A stretch of 64,000 nt of DNA from an uncultured Candidatus Saccharibacteria bacterium (lineage in GTDB: Bacteria > Patescibacteriota > Minisyncoccia > UBA6257 > Colwellbacteraceae): NCBI GenBank assembly GCA_964360065.1, contig CAYHTW010000002.1, positions 2,251-66,250 on the forward strand, given 5' to 3'. Under the pieces are notes generated by a model. It saw nothing but the letters and a program-made list of their open reading frames with translations. It was not told where the DNA came from and made no database searches. Position 1 is the first letter of the stretch, and each line of letters opens with the position of its first letter. Positions 40,762-51,167 of the stretch are shown in pieces. The position numbers and the translations under genes were made by a program.

Positions 40762-42029
40762 TGAATAGAGTTCAGCGCATTTTGGGCTCCACGCAAAGCT
40801 TTATCTGGAGTCAATCTACCTGATAATACTGATTCTATCATATCATCAAAAGCTTTTTTTACTTCCACGTCATCCGGTTGAAGCCAGCTTTTGGCGGTTA
40901 GCGCCTGACCAGCAAAAACTCCAAGGGTAGGGCTGTTAAGATATTGGCCGATAAGACTTCTTAGTGCAGGCGGCTTAGCTCCGGCGGTAGCATAGGCGGA
41001 AGCAGTAGTCGGATCGGTAGTAGCGAATAAAACGAAGTTCCAGGCCGCATCTTTAGCCGCAGTCTTAGAAGAAACGGCTAGCCCCCAATAGTTAGGGAAA
41101 TTCACGGATTCTTTTTTATTCATTTGTGGAGCCGAGGTAATGGCAAAGTTTAAAGAAGGGTTTTTGGCTTTGATTTCCGGAATTTGAGAAGCGTAACCCA
41201 ACATCATAGCCAATTGTTTCGTTGCAAAAGAGTCTATGTCGGGCCCAGAAGTGCTTGCCCAGGTGTAATAAAGATTTCCGTACTTGGCAAACTGCGTATA
41301 AAAGTTAAGAGCTTTAAGGCCCTCGTTGTTAGAAATAGATACATCACCAATACTATTTCTCATGGCCGTTCCGAATTGTAGAAAAAGCAAATTAAGAATG
41401 TCTGTGGCGTTAGTAACCGACTTGGAAGTCGCTCCGATGCCAAGCCCCGATTTAACAATGGCGCCCTTACTCCCGAATTCGCGGGTACGCAAAATATCGG
41501 CTTTAAGTTCATCCCAAGTAACCGGGGGCACGGCGATTTTCTTATTATCAAAAATGTCTCTGTTGTAGAAAAGAGCGAGTGTGTCAATTGACAAGGGGAG
41601 GGAATAAATCTTGCCCTGATAGACAAAATCTTCTTCAGCTACTTCGGGGAAGAGCTTTTTGAAAGCAGAAAGAGTGATAGCTGTATCTGTAGTTGGAACA
41701 ATTTTGTTGCCGTGCTTTAAAAGCCAGGAGTTTTTGAAAAAGAAAATATCTGGGCCTTTGTCGGCGGCGAGACTATTCAAAAGCTGCTTCTCATAGCTGG
41801 CTTCCGGTAGTTGCGTGTATTTAACAGCGTTGCCTGGGTATTTATTCTCAAAAGAACTAATGGTGTTGCTCCAAAGCTTGGAGTCATCAATCCCCCAAAC
41901 CTGCAGAGTCGCCCGGCCTCCTATGTCTTCGCGTAATCCAGGGACGACACCAAAGAAAACAAGCAGGAAGAAAAGGATTATGAATCCTGCCGTACTTAAT
42001 ATAACTAGTTGTGGTCGGGTGAATTGCAT
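40758..42029 (-). CDS. ABC-transporter extracellular solute-binding protein (family 1, sugar-type)
   Basis: Signal anchor and SBP_bac_1-like pattern. No cognate permease or ATPase genes are adjacent. Confidence 0.7.
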   Translation of the reverse strand: MQFTRPQLVILSTAGFIILFFLLVFFGVVPGLREDIGGRATLQVWGIDDSKLWSNTISSFENKYPGNAVKYTQLPEASYEKQLLNSLAADKGPDIFFFKNSWLLKHGNKIVPTTDTAITLSAFKKLFPEVAEEDFVYQGKIYSLPLSIDTLALFYNRDIFDNKKIAVPPVTWDELKADILRTREFGSKGAIVKSGLGIGATSKSVTNATDILNLLFLQFGTAMRNSIGDVSISNNEGLKALNFYTQFAKYGNLYYTWASTSGPDIDSFATKQLAMMLGYASQIPEIKAKNPSLNFAITSAPQMNKKESVNFPNYWGLAVSSKTAAKDAAWNFVLFATTDPTTASAYATAGAKPPALRSLIGQYLNSPTLGVFAGQALTAKSWLQPDDVEVKKAFDDMIESVLSGRLTPDKALRGAQNALNSIQ

Positions 42030-42043
42030 ATGACTAATCTTAC

Positions 42044-44467
42044 CTAGAAACAGACCGTTCCAGCAATCTTGTCGCCGGCTTTCAGTCTCATAATGCGAAC
42101 TCCTTGGGCCGCCCTGCCGGTTAATCTCACGCTCGACAATTCAGTACGCAACATCTGGCCTTTAACGGAAATTGCCAATATTTCTTTCTCTTCGGAGATC
42201 ATATGAGAAGAAACTAGTTCGCCAGTTTTCGGAGTAACCTTGGCAGTCAAGATTCCCTTGCCTCCCCTTTTCTGAACTTTATATTCTTTGAGTTCGGTGA
42301 GTTTAGCAAAGCCGTTATCCATTACTACCAGAACTTTATAACCCAGCTTATCGGGAGAAATAACATCAAAGGCGCCCACAAAATCTCCTTTTCTCAAAGA
42401 AATACCCCTGACTCCTGCGGCCGTTCTCCCCATCGGACGAACTTCGCTTTCTTTAAATCTAATGGCTTGCCCTTTAATTGTGGTGAGAATTAATTCTTCT
42501 TTTCCAGTGGAAAGTTTCACCCAGCCTAAACTGTCTCCTTTCTTAAGACTCACGGCGATGATGCCCGTACGTCTCACGTTTTCAAATTCGGAGATAGCCG
42601 TCTTCTTAACCACGCCTTGTTCGGTCATCATAACGATATACCCTGGAGCTTTACCGCGCACAGTGGAGTAAGTGATGATAGCGCTGATTTTTTCAGCCGG
42701 AGGGATTTCCAGGAAGTTGTGGATGGCCTTTCCCTTACTGACACGGCTGCCAACCGGAAGTTCGTAAACTTTTGTTTGGTAAGCCTTGCCGCTAGCGGTA
42801 AAGAATAGAATATTGTCATGTGTGTTGGCGGCCAAGAAATGACCTACCACGTCTTCTTCTCCGACTTCACTGCCCATAAGACCCTTGCCACCTCTTTTTT
42901 GCTTCTTAAAGGTGTCTGGCGAAAGACGTTTAATGTAACCGTCACCGGACATAGTAACAATGGCGTCTTCGGACAGAATCAAATCTTCAACGTTCAGTTC
43001 TTTAAGGCCGCTTACGTGTAGCTTTGTTTTTCTCTCGTCTCCAAACCTTTTTCTAATGTCAGCGAGTTCTTCTCCCACTACTTTAAGCATTTTGGCCGGA
43101 CTTTTTAAAAGGATTATCAGTTCCTCAATAAGTTTTTGTTTTCCCTTAAGCTCGTCTTCTATCCTCTGGGTCTCCAGAGCAGCTAGGGTCTGCAACTTCA
43201 TTTCTAAAATAGCTGTGGCTTGTAAATCGCTGAGCTTGAAGCCAGACATCAACTTCTTATGGGCGTCTTCTTTATTTTCCGACTTCTTGATGGTGGAGAT
43301 TATCTTATCAATAACAGAGAGGGCCTTAACCAACCCTTCTAATATATGGGCTCTCTCGCGGGCCTTATTTAAATCAAACTCGGCCCTCCGCCTGATTACT
43401 TCCTGCCTGTGGGCTACGAAGTTCTCCAAGACGTCTTTAATAGACATAATCTTTGGCTTCAAACCACCGCTTAAGGCCAGCATGTTTAAATGGAAATCTT
43501 TCTGAAGGTCGGTCCAGTTGTAAAGTTGGTTCAAAACCTTCTGCGGCACAGCGTCGGACTTCAAGTCTATAACTACTCTTAAGCCGTCCTTGTCGGACTC
43601 GTCTCTTAAGTCTCTGATGCCCTCAATTCTTTTTTCCGTTACCAGCTCGGCAATTTTAATAATCATTTCGGCCTTGTTAACCTGGTAAGGAATTTCTGTG
43701 ATGACTATTTTCTTTTCTTCTATTTCAGCTACACCGCGAACTGTAATCCTGCCTCGGCCGGTGGCATAAGCTTCGTTGATTTCTTTTTTGTTATAAATAA
43801 TTCCTCCGGTCGGGAAATCCGGTCCTTGGATAAATTTCATCAAATCTTCCGAGGAGGCCTTGGGATTGTCTATTAATTTGTAAGTTGCATCAATAATCTC
43901 AGTCAGATTGTGTGGAGGAATCTTAGTAGCCATACCGACAGCGATACCATCAGAACCGTTTATCAAAAGTTGTGGGATTTTAGCCGGCAGAACCTTAGGC
44001 TCGGACCTCGTAGTGTCATAGTTCGGCATAAAATCCACAGTTTCTTTCTCAATATCAACGAGAAGCTCTTCGGCTAAAGCCGATAAACGACACTCTGTGT
44101 AACGCATGGCCGCGGGTGAGTCTCCATCAACACTGCCCCAGTTCCCTTGCCCCTCAATAAGCGGATATCTCAAGGAGAAGTTCTGTGCCATACGAGCTAA
44201 GGCATCATAAACAGATTGGTCGCCGTGAGGGTGGTAACGGCCCAAGACTTCTCCGACTACATTAGCTGACTTTCTTAATTTAGCGGAATGTGTGATACCC
44301 GACTCCCACATAGCCCAAAGGATTCTGCGGTGTACCGGTTTTAAACCATCGCGGACATCGGGCAAGGCGCGGCCGACGATAACCGACATAGCATAGTCCA
44401 GATAAGACTGCTTAAGTTCCTCGGTTATTTCCTTTTTCTCTATTTTTTCTATTTCTCCTTGAGCCAT
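42044..44467 (-). CDS. gyrA: DNA gyrase subunit A
   Basis: [29 protein letters not shown], active-site Tyr region, C-terminal beta-pinwheel repeats. Confidence 0.95.
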   Translation of the reverse strand: MAQGEIEKIEKKEITEELKQSYLDYAMSVIVGRALPDVRDGLKPVHRRILWAMWESGITHSAKLRKSANVVGEVLGRYHPHGDQSVYDALARMAQNFSLRYPLIEGQGNWGSVDGDSPAAMRYTECRLSALAEELLVDIEKETVDFMPNYDTTRSEPKVLPAKIPQLLINGSDGIAVGMATKIPPHNLTEIIDATYKLIDNPKASSEDLMKFIQGPDFPTGGIIYNKKEINEAYATGRGRITVRGVAEIEEKKIVITEIPYQVNKAEMIIKIAELVTEKRIEGIRDLRDESDKDGLRVVIDLKSDAVPQKVLNQLYNWTDLQKDFHLNMLALSGGLKPKIMSIKDVLENFVAHRQEVIRRRAEFDLNKARERAHILEGLVKALSVIDKIISTIKKSENKEDAHKKLMSGFKLSDLQATAILEMKLQTLAALETQRIEDELKGKQKLIEELIILLKSPAKMLKVVGEELADIRKRFGDERKTKLHVSGLKELNVEDLILSEDAIVTMSGDGYIKRLSPDTFKKQKRGGKGLMGSEVGEEDVVGHFLAANTHDNILFFTASGKAYQTKVYELPVGSRVSKGKAIHNFLEIPPAEKISAIITYSTVRGKAPGYIVMMTEQGVVKKTAISEFENVRRTGIIAVSLKKGDSLGWVKLSTGKEELILTTIKGQAIRFKESEVRPMGRTAAGVRGISLRKGDFVGAFDVISPDKLGYKVLVVMDNGFAKLTELKEYKVQKRGGKGILTAKVTPKTGELVSSHMISEEKEILAISVKGQMLRTELSSVRLTGRAAQGVRIMRLKAGDKIAGTVCF

Positions 44468-45048
44468 ATTAATTTAGTACCTTCCCCTTCAATGTCTTTT
44501 CTTTTGAAAGAAACCTTATCCACCGGCTCTACCGACTGACCCAGTTCCCCGGATAAAACTTTGGTGTTTTTATCCGAACCGCAAATCACAATTTTCGGTT
44601 CTATGTTTTTAATTAAAGTTAGCGCTTCTTTAGGGTCAGCCTCGCCGGAAACAAAAAATAAATCTATCTCGCCAATATCTTCTAGAAAATCTTCGCCCAA
44701 ATCTGCCTTAACGTCTCCAGGGAAAAAGAGACTCATATCGTCCATAGTCACTATATAAGCAGTGCGGAGACTTTTAGTGTCTGATTCTTTATTTAAGGGG
44801 ATGCCCAAAATTTTAATTTCCGAAACTTCGTAGTCGCCCGCTCCCTGAATTAAATTCAGGGGAGTGTAAGATGGAAATGGTAACTTAGTCGCAGTCTTTA
44901 AAGTTAAGCTAATTTTGTCGTTATTTTTCTCATTGTTCTTATCATTATTTTCGTCGGGGTCAACGGCCAATTTAAATTCGCCGGCCTCAAGGGCAGACGA
45001 ACGAGCTTCGCAAATGAAGCCGAGTGATTTAGAAGCTTTTATAACCAT
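44449..45048 (-). CDS. Hypothetical protein (degenerate MBL-fold-like C-terminal region)
   Basis: No catalytic His motif and an Asn/Lys-rich low-complexity segment. Confidence 0.35.
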   Translation of the reverse strand: MVIKASKSLGFICEARSSALEAGEFKLAVDPDENNDKNNEKNNDKISLTLKTATKLPFPSYTPLNLIQGAGDYEVSEIKILGIPLNKESDTKSLRTAYIVTMDDMSLFFPGDVKADLGEDFLEDIGEIDLFFVSGEADPKEALTLIKNIEPKIVICGSDKNTKVLSGELGQSVEPVDKVSFKRKDIEGEGTKLIWLKEK

Positions 45049-45105
45049 AGGATTAAACGTTTGGAGCTTTTAATAAGTATTAAGTTCATTTTAGCAGAGA
45101 AAAGG

Positions 45106-45135
45106 TTGATTTTCAATCCGTGTTTGCCCTATAAT
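45106..45135 (+). promoter_or_regulatory. Sigma70-like promoter TTGATT-18-TATAAT upstream of rpsA
   Basis: Hexamers with 18 bp spacing; the ATG lies 10 nt after the -10 element. Confidence 0.4.
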
Positions 45136-45144
45136 GCGGCTCAT

Positions 45145-46239
45145 ATGCAGTTAGCTACTATCAAGGCACAGGAGTCAATTGAGCTCCAGATGTTAAAGTC
45201 CGAGCCTGGTTTAATGCCCATTTTAAAGCCGGGCGATTTAATCCAGGTAAAACTATTAGAGAAAGCCCCAAGAGCGGTCTATTTTGAGGTGCCCAGAGTC
45301 GGTACTGGAATAATTTATGGCTCTGAACTGACCAACGCTAGAGAGGCTATAAAGAAAATGGAGATAGGAGATGAAGTGGCCGCCAAGGTAGTAGTGTCCG
45401 AAAACGACGAGGGTTTAATAGAATTATCGCTCACCGAGGCCGGCAGACAGAAGGTCTGGCAGGAATTGAATTATCTTAAAGAAAAGGACGAGCCCTTTAA
45501 GGTTAAGATTGTTGACGCCAACGCCGGAGGTTTAATCGCTCAGCTTAATGGAATTTCCGCTTTCCTACCCGGTTCTCAACTCGCTAATGACAAATATCCG
45601 AAGAATGCTGAAGGAGACAGGGCCAAAATGATAGAGGCTTTTCAGAAATTCGTAGGCGAAGAGATAACGGTCAAAATCCTTAACCTTAACCCAAGAACAA
45701 ACAAGCTCATCATTTCTGAAAGAGAAGCTTCCAGTGTCAACATTAAAGAACTATTAAATAAATATAAGGCAGGGGATATAATCTCCGGCATCATTTCCGG
45801 CGTAGCCAACTTCGGCGCCTTCTTCAGGTTTGCCGATACCCCGGAAGTAGAAGGCTTAATACACATCTCTGAATTGGACCACCGCTTGATAGATAACCCA
45901 AAAGAAGTGGTTAATGTAGGGGATATGGTGAACGCCAAGGTCTTGGAGATTAAAGACGGTCGCGTGACACTATCCTTAAAGGCTCTTAAAGCCGATCCTT
46001 GGGATGGTATAGATGAGAAATTCAAGGCTGGGATGACGATCAGCGGCAGGGTTTATAAACTTAGTCCTTTCGGCGCTTTCATTAAATTAACCGAAGACAT
46101 TATCGGACTAATCCATGTTTCAGAATTCGGATCTCTGGAAGAACTGAAGAAGAACTTGGAGAAAGACTCTATCCATGATTTTGTGATAGACTCTATAAAG
46201 TTGGAGGACAAAAGAATTGTCCTTAAATTCAAAGCTTAA
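45145..46239 (+). CDS. rpsA: 30S ribosomal protein S1 (four S1 domains)
   Basis: Repeated S1 OB-fold motifs; start placed at MQLATIK after the promoter. Confidence 0.7.
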   Translation: MQLATIKAQESIELQMLKSEPGLMPILKPGDLIQVKLLEKAPRAVYFEVPRVGTGIIYGSELTNAREAIKKMEIGDEVAAKVVVSENDEGLIELSLTEAGRQKVWQELNYLKEKDEPFKVKIVDANAGGLIAQLNGISAFLPGSQLANDKYPKNAEGDRAKMIEAFQKFVGEEITVKILNLNPRTNKLIISEREASSVNIKELLNKYKAGDIISGIISGVANFGAFFRFADTPEVEGLIHISELDHRLIDNPKEVVNVGDMVNAKVLEIKDGRVTLSLKALKADPWDGIDEKFKAGMTISGRVYKLSPFGAFIKLTEDIIGLIHVSEFGSLEELKKNLEKDSIHDFVIDSIKLEDKRIVLKFKA

Positions 46240-46242
46240 GAC

Positions 46243-48078
46243 TTGAAAAACCAAATATATAAAAATTTCTTTTGGGTGGTCTCCATCCTCCTAACTTTTA
46301 CTTTACTTCTCTCGTTAGCCTACGAATTGCAGCAACCGATAAAGGAGGTTAATTTAAGCGACTTAGCTAACAAGATAAACGCCGGTGAGGTGCAGGGTAT
46401 TGTAGTATCGGGTAACGATTTAAGTATCTCCCTAAAAGACGGCGAGAAACTGACTTCTAAGAAAGAGGATGGAGTAGGTATTACCGAAACTTTGAAGAAC
46501 TACAGCATTGCCTCCGATAAAATGTCTGCGATTTCGCTGGAGATCCGCGAACAATCTGGTTTAAGTTTTTGGCTGTCCATTATCATTCCCGCCGTCTTGC
46601 CGCTTCTCATTATTGGAGTTTTATTCTGGCTCTTTACCAGACAAGCTAAGGGCGGCATTAACCAGGCCTTCAGTTTCGGCAAGGCCAATTTGAAACCTTT
46701 TGCAGGATTCAGGGATAAAATAACTTTTGCAGATGTAGCAGGCTTGAAAGAGGCCAAAGAAGAACTCCGGGAAATAGTAGATTTCCTAAAAACCCCCAAA
46801 AAATATATAGACATGGGGGCCAAGATCCCGAGAGGTGTTCTTCTAATGGGGTCTCCGGGAACCGGCAAGACATTGCTGGCGAGAGCCGTTGCCGGAGAGG
46901 CTGGTGTGCCTTTCTTCCACATTTCAGCCTCGGAGTTCGTGGAAATGTTTGTCGGTGTAGGAGCATCGCGTACCAGAGACGCTTTTGCGACAGCTAAGCG
47001 AGCCGCTCCATCAATACTATTTATAGACGAGATTGACGCAGTTGGCCGAGAAAGAGGTACCGGTATGGGCGGGGGGCACGACGAAAGAGAGCAGACCTTA
47101 AACCAGATTCTCGTTGAAATGGACGGTTTTGAAAAAGAGACCAGACTAATAGTATTAGCGGCTACCAACAGACCCGATGTTTTAGACCCGGCTCTCTTAC
47201 GACCAGGAAGATTTGATAGACGAGTAACTCTAGACCTACCAGACATCATTGAAAGAGAAGAAATTGTAAAGATTCACTCCAAGGGAAAACCTTTAGACAA
47301 AAATGTTGATTTAAAAAGGTTTGCCGCGAGAACCCCGGGATTTTCCGGAGCAGACTTGGCTAATGTCATGAACGAAGCGGCCATCTTAGCAGCTAAAGAA
47401 GGCAGGAAAACAATTTTGCAGGACGATTTTTACAAGTCTATAGAAAAAGTGATGATGGGACCCGAAAGAAGAAGCCGTGTTATCTCCGATAAAGAAAAAG
47501 AAAAAGTAGCCTACCACGAGGCTGGCCACGCTGTTACGGCTGCAGCGCTTAAAGATTCTGACCCGGTCCATAAGATTTCTATAGTGAGTCGCGGCAGAAT
47601 GGGAGGCTATACCCTTAAACTTCCTTTAGACGAAGACAGACTTAAGACTAAATCTCAATTTATGGCCGACTTAGCGGTTATGATGGGTGGCTATGCTTCG
47701 GAGAAAATTTTCTTTGGTGATATTTCGACAGGCGCTTCTAATGACTTGAAAGAAGCGACATCATTAGCCCGCGCCTTAGTAACTCGTTTTGGTATGAGTG
47801 ATCTTGGCCCAATAACTTTCGGGAGAGGGGAAGAAATGGTCTTCTTAGGCAGAGAAATGACAACTGAAAGAAACTATTCCGAAAACGTTGCCTCTAAAAT
47901 AGACGATGAAGTTAAGAAATTTATAGATACCGGTTATAAGAGAGCTATTAAGATACTTACTACATACAAGGCAGCCGTTAAAAAGGTGTCCGAAGAACTT
48001 ATTAAGAAGGAGGCCTTGGAACAAGAAGAGTTCTACGCGCTTATCAAAGAATTCAATTTGAAACCTATTAGCGCCTGA
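46243..48078 (+). CDS. ftsH: ATP-dependent zinc metalloprotease FtsH
   Basis: Two TM helices, AAA with Walker A GSPGTGKT, zinc motif HEAGHAV. Confidence 0.9.
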   Translation: MKNQIYKNFFWVVSILLTFTLLLSLAYELQQPIKEVNLSDLANKINAGEVQGIVVSGNDLSISLKDGEKLTSKKEDGVGITETLKNYSIASDKMSAISLEIREQSGLSFWLSIIIPAVLPLLIIGVLFWLFTRQAKGGINQAFSFGKANLKPFAGFRDKITFADVAGLKEAKEELREIVDFLKTPKKYIDMGAKIPRGVLLMGSPGTGKTLLARAVAGEAGVPFFHISASEFVEMFVGVGASRTRDAFATAKRAAPSILFIDEIDAVGRERGTGMGGGHDEREQTLNQILVEMDGFEKETRLIVLAATNRPDVLDPALLRPGRFDRRVTLDLPDIIEREEIVKIHSKGKPLDKNVDLKRFAARTPGFSGADLANVMNEAAILAAKEGRKTILQDDFYKSIEKVMMGPERRSRVISDKEKEKVAYHEAGHAVTAAALKDSDPVHKISIVSRGRMGGYTLKLPLDEDRLKTKSQFMADLAVMMGGYASEKIFFGDISTGASNDLKEATSLARALVTRFGMSDLGPITFGRGEEMVFLGREMTTERNYSENVASKIDDEVKKFIDTGYKRAIKILTTYKAAVKKVSEELIKKEALEQEEFYALIKEFNLKPISA

Positions 48079-48098
48079 TATAGAATCTCGGCAGGCAG

Positions 48099-48174
48099 GC
48101 GCCCATAGCTCAGCTGGTTAGAGCACAGTCCTTATAAGGCTGGGGTCCTTGGTTCGAGTCCAAGTGGGCGCACC
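48099..48174 (+). tRNA. tRNA-Ile with anticodon TAT (UAU), CCA encoded
   Basis: Anticodon stem-loop cagtc-ctTATaa-ggctg, T-loop ggttcgagtcc. Confidence 0.7.
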
Positions 48175-48180
48175 AGATAA

Positions 48181-48207
48181 AAACAGACCTGCCTCGGTCT
48201 GTTTGTT
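48181..48207 (+). terminator. Rho-independent terminator (aaacagacc-tgcctc-ggtctgttt)
   Basis: 9 bp stem followed by a T-rich tail after tRNA-Ile. Confidence 0.55.
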
Positions 48208-48248
48208 ACTCATGTAATTAAGAATACTTATACTTGGCTTATCAAGCT

Positions 48249-49049
48249 CTAGTTTTTGCGATTCTTCATGAATAAGACGAGGAAAACAGCTAACATAACG
48301 AGAACGATGGTTCCTCCAGTAGAGAGATTGAAGTAGAAAGAAGTAATAATGCCGGCAATGACAGATAAAACAGAAATTAATTCTGCATAAAATATAGTTT
48401 CAGAAAAACTTTTTTTGAGCTGCAAAGAAGCCACAACGGGAACGACTATTAAGGCAGCTATAAGAAGAACGCCGACAACTGGAATAGAGAGTGAAACGGT
48501 AAAGGCGGCTAAAATAATGAGAACGGCGTTTATGAGTTTAGTGGGAAGACCGCTCACTCTCGCGGCTTCCTCATCAAAAGTTATGTAGACCAGTTCTTTA
48601 TAGAAAAGTAAAAGAGTAACGCTAACAATAATCGCCAAAACTCCCATAGTATAGACGTCCGTTGTGGTAACTGTAACAATACTGCCAAAAAGATAGCTGA
48701 AAAGATTAGTATTAAAACCCTTAGCTAAACTAAGCAGAACGATTGCTAAGGCTAAGCTTCCGGAAAGAAAAAGCGCCAAAGCAGATTCCCCATATATTCT
48801 TTTAGTATCTCTTAAGCGCTCTATGCCTAAAGAAGAAACAACCGTAACTCCCAAGGCCGTGAGAATCGGATTTAAACCGAAAAGCAACCCAATGGCTATG
48901 CCAGCTAAAGAGACGTGAGCCAAGGTATCGGCTATCAAAGAGTATCTCCGCAGGACAAGGAAGATGCCGATTAGTGGAGCGACGAAAGCCACTATTAAAC
49001 CTGCCTCCAGCCCCCTTAAAACAAAACTATACTGGAATAGGTTAAGCAT
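48249..49049 (-). CDS. Metal (Zn/Mn) ABC transporter permease
   Basis: ABC-3 family polytopic membrane protein. Confidence 0.75.
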   Translation of the reverse strand: MLNLFQYSFVLRGLEAGLIVAFVAPLIGIFLVLRRYSLIADTLAHVSLAGIAIGLLFGLNPILTALGVTVVSSLGIERLRDTKRIYGESALALFLSGSLALAIVLLSLAKGFNTNLFSYLFGSIVTVTTTDVYTMGVLAIIVSVTLLLFYKELVYITFDEEAARVSGLPTKLINAVLIILAAFTVSLSIPVVGVLLIAALIVVPVVASLQLKKSFSETIFYAELISVLSVIAGIITSFYFNLSTGGTIVLVMLAVFLVLFMKNRKN

Positions 49050-49800
49050 TATGGTGATGATTTGCTACTCTCCCGTCTTTGGCAGAATGTAATTTTTCTT
49101 TAAGAAAATCTTCTAATGTGCCGTAGAAAAAAAGTGTGCGATCAAGGCAAGCAACGTGCATGGCCTCATAAGCGATGTCCTCAATGTCGTGAGTGATCAA
49201 AACTACAGTGAGATCTAAGTCCTGGTTAAGTTTTTTAAGTAAAACATAAAAGTCGTCTCTCGCGGCCTTGTCCACTCCTGTAGTCGGTTCGTCCAAAAAG
49301 ATTATCTCCGGTTCCGCCGCTAGTGCCCTCGCTATAAAAACTCTCTGTTGCTCTCCGCCGGAAAGTTCTCCAATAAGCCTATCTTCGTATTTTCCCATCT
49401 CCACTCGTTCTAAAGCGTGACGAGCCGCCAATCTATCTCGGCTAATTAATTTCCTAAATAGGCCGCGCTTGGCATAACGACCCATCAAGACTACTTCCAT
49501 AACGGTGGCAGGAAAATTAGCGTCAAAATTAGTGACTTTCTGAGGTACGTAGCCTATCTTGGAACGACTTTTAAAGTCGTTGTCCTCTACGCCGAATAAC
49601 TTGATTGATCCCGAGGAAGGTTTAAGCAGGCCTAAAATTATTTTTAGAAGTGTTGTTTTGCCGGAACCATTAGAACCGACAATTCCCAAATAATCCCCGC
49701 GATGAATATTGAAATTTATGTTTTTTAAAATTTCGTTCTCGCCGTAAGAGAAAGAAACATTTTTAACCTCAACTATATTTTCTTTATGGTTTACTCGCAC
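49042..49800 (-). CDS. Metal ABC transporter ATP-binding protein
   Basis: Walker A GSNGSGKTT, signature LSGGEQQR, Walker B IIFLDEP. Confidence 0.8.
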   Translation of the reverse strand: MRVNHKENIVEVKNVSFSYGENEILKNINFNIHRGDYLGIVGSNGSGKTTLLKIILGLLKPSSGSIKLFGVEDNDFKSRSKIGYVPQKVTNFDANFPATVMEVVLMGRYAKRGLFRKLISRDRLAARHALERVEMGKYEDRLIGELSGGEQQRVFIARALAAEPEIIFLDEPTTGVDKAARDDFYVLLKKLNQDLDLTVVLITHDIEDIAYEAMHVACLDRTLFFYGTLEDFLKEKLHSAKDGRVANHHHNA

Positions 49801-50714
49801 TCTAATGCAACTTTAAGATTATTTAGATTATCTCTCATCTCTGTAAAATAGTTTTTACCGGCGTTGGTCTCGGCTCTCGTAAGTCCTTCCAATGGATTAA
49901 GCACTAAGGTTTTAGCTTCTATCTCTGTAGCTATGGTTTCTGATAACTTGGGATTCACCAAGCTCTCAAAGAAAATATACTTTACCTTGTTTTCTTTGGC
50001 GAATTTTACTATTACTCCGATTTCTTTAGAGGAGGGCTCGGCATCGGGAGAAAGACCGGCGATGGATATTTGCCGTAAACTATAAGTCGCAGCCAGATAA
50101 CCAAAGAAGGCGTGGGATGTAATAATGTCTTTAAGGGCGCAGTTTTTAAGCCCGGCTGAATAGTCGGCGTTAAGATTTTTAAGATCATTACTTAAAGCCT
50201 CCGCGTTAGTAGCGTAGTAAGAAGTGTTAACTGGATCGGACGCTTGAAAACCGCTCAATATCTTGTTGGCCATCTCTTCAGCCAAAAGAGGAGAAAGCCA
50301 AACGTGTGGGTCAACTACGTTTTCACCTTCCTCAACCAATCGCTGGTTAAAAAGACCCCCTCCGGCCACAACTAAGACAGTCCGCTTATGGTTTAAATTA
50401 CTCTTTATGTTATCTCCCCAAACTTCCAGGTTGCCTCCGTTAAGGACTAGTAAATTACTTGATTCAATGAGCGCCATATCCTGGGCAGTTGGTTCGTAAT
50501 CGTGTGGTTCAACCCCGGCTGGGGTGATGTTGTAAACATCTGCCTTATCTCCGCCTATTCGTTCCGAGAAGTAATAAAGAGGGTAGAAACTGGCTACCAC
50601 AGTGATCTTTGCTCCATTATTTTCTGGAGAACTCACCCGATTGTTAAGCAGGGCAAGTCCGCCCAGTAAACTGAATAGGAAAATTATCGCTATTAAATAT
50701 TTGGTTTTTGTCAT
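49791..50714 (-). CDS. Metal ABC transporter substrate-binding protein (ZnuA/TroA-like)
   Basis: Signal anchor and the cluster-9 SBP pattern. Confidence 0.75.
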   Translation of the reverse strand: MTKTKYLIAIIFLFSLLGGLALLNNRVSSPENNGAKITVVASFYPLYYFSERIGGDKADVYNITPAGVEPHDYEPTAQDMALIESSNLLVLNGGNLEVWGDNIKSNLNHKRTVLVVAGGGLFNQRLVEEGENVVDPHVWLSPLLAEEMANKILSGFQASDPVNTSYYATNAEALSNDLKNLNADYSAGLKNCALKDIITSHAFFGYLAATYSLRQISIAGLSPDAEPSSKEIGVIVKFAKENKVKYIFFESLVNPKLSETIATEIEAKTLVLNPLEGLTRAETNAGKNYFTEMRDNLNNLKVALECE

Positions 50715-50854
50715 TACTTAAGAGTTTAAACTAACCGCAACTTATTTGCCTAGTTAAGTGCCACTTCCTAAGAGCGGGGTGTTTCGGATAAAATAGAGGA
50801 TATATCTGATATTCAAGAAAAGATGTTTCCTATAGAATGCGCCAGAGTAGTATA

Positions 50855-50874
50855 GCGCGCTTAGCTCAGTGGTA
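50855..50874 (+). repeat. Duplicated 5' end of tRNA-Val (20 nt, gcgcgcttagctcagtggta), immediately followed by a GC-rich hairpin (50875-50912)
   Basis: Identical to 51158-51177 at the start of the intact tRNA-Val. Confidence 0.8.
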
Positions 50875-50927
50875 CCCGCCCGAACGACTGAGCGTCGTTC
50901 AGTCGGGCGGGGAACGATATAACTACG

Positions 50928-51167
50928 ATGTTTACGGTTTATGTTTTAAAAGATGGTGTTGGTAAATTTTACAAAGGGTTGACCAATAACATAGAGAGAA
51001 GATTGAAAGAGCATAAAAACGGTCATACAATTACTACATCAAGAATGCCAAATCTTGAAGTGGTGTACACAGAGACTTTTGAAGACTTCAAAACTGCCAG
51101 AAAACGAGAGCTATATCTAAAGTCAGCGGCTGGCAGAAGATTTCTTAAAAGGGTATTGCGCGCTTAG
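50928..51167 (+). CDS. GIY-YIG nuclease, YhbQ/UPF0213-like (79 aa); the ORF ends inside the tRNA-Val gene
   Basis: VYVLKDGVGKFYKGLTNNIERRLKEH GIY-YIG motif; last codons VLRA* are encoded by the tRNA acceptor stem. Confidence 0.75.
   Translation: MFTVYVLKDGVGKFYKGLTNNIERRLKEHKNGHTITTSRMPNLEVVYTETFEDFKTARKRELYLKSAAGRRFLKRVLRA

Noticed and set aside
46500-47249. 249 aa - strand ORF
   Set aside because: Antisense to ftsH. Spurious.
50875-50912. Possibility that the GC-rich hairpin is part of an intron-containing tRNA
   Set aside because: The fragment stops after the D-arm and no anticodon or T-arm follows. An intact tRNA-Val lies 280 bp downstream, so a duplicated 5' fragment is the simpler reading.
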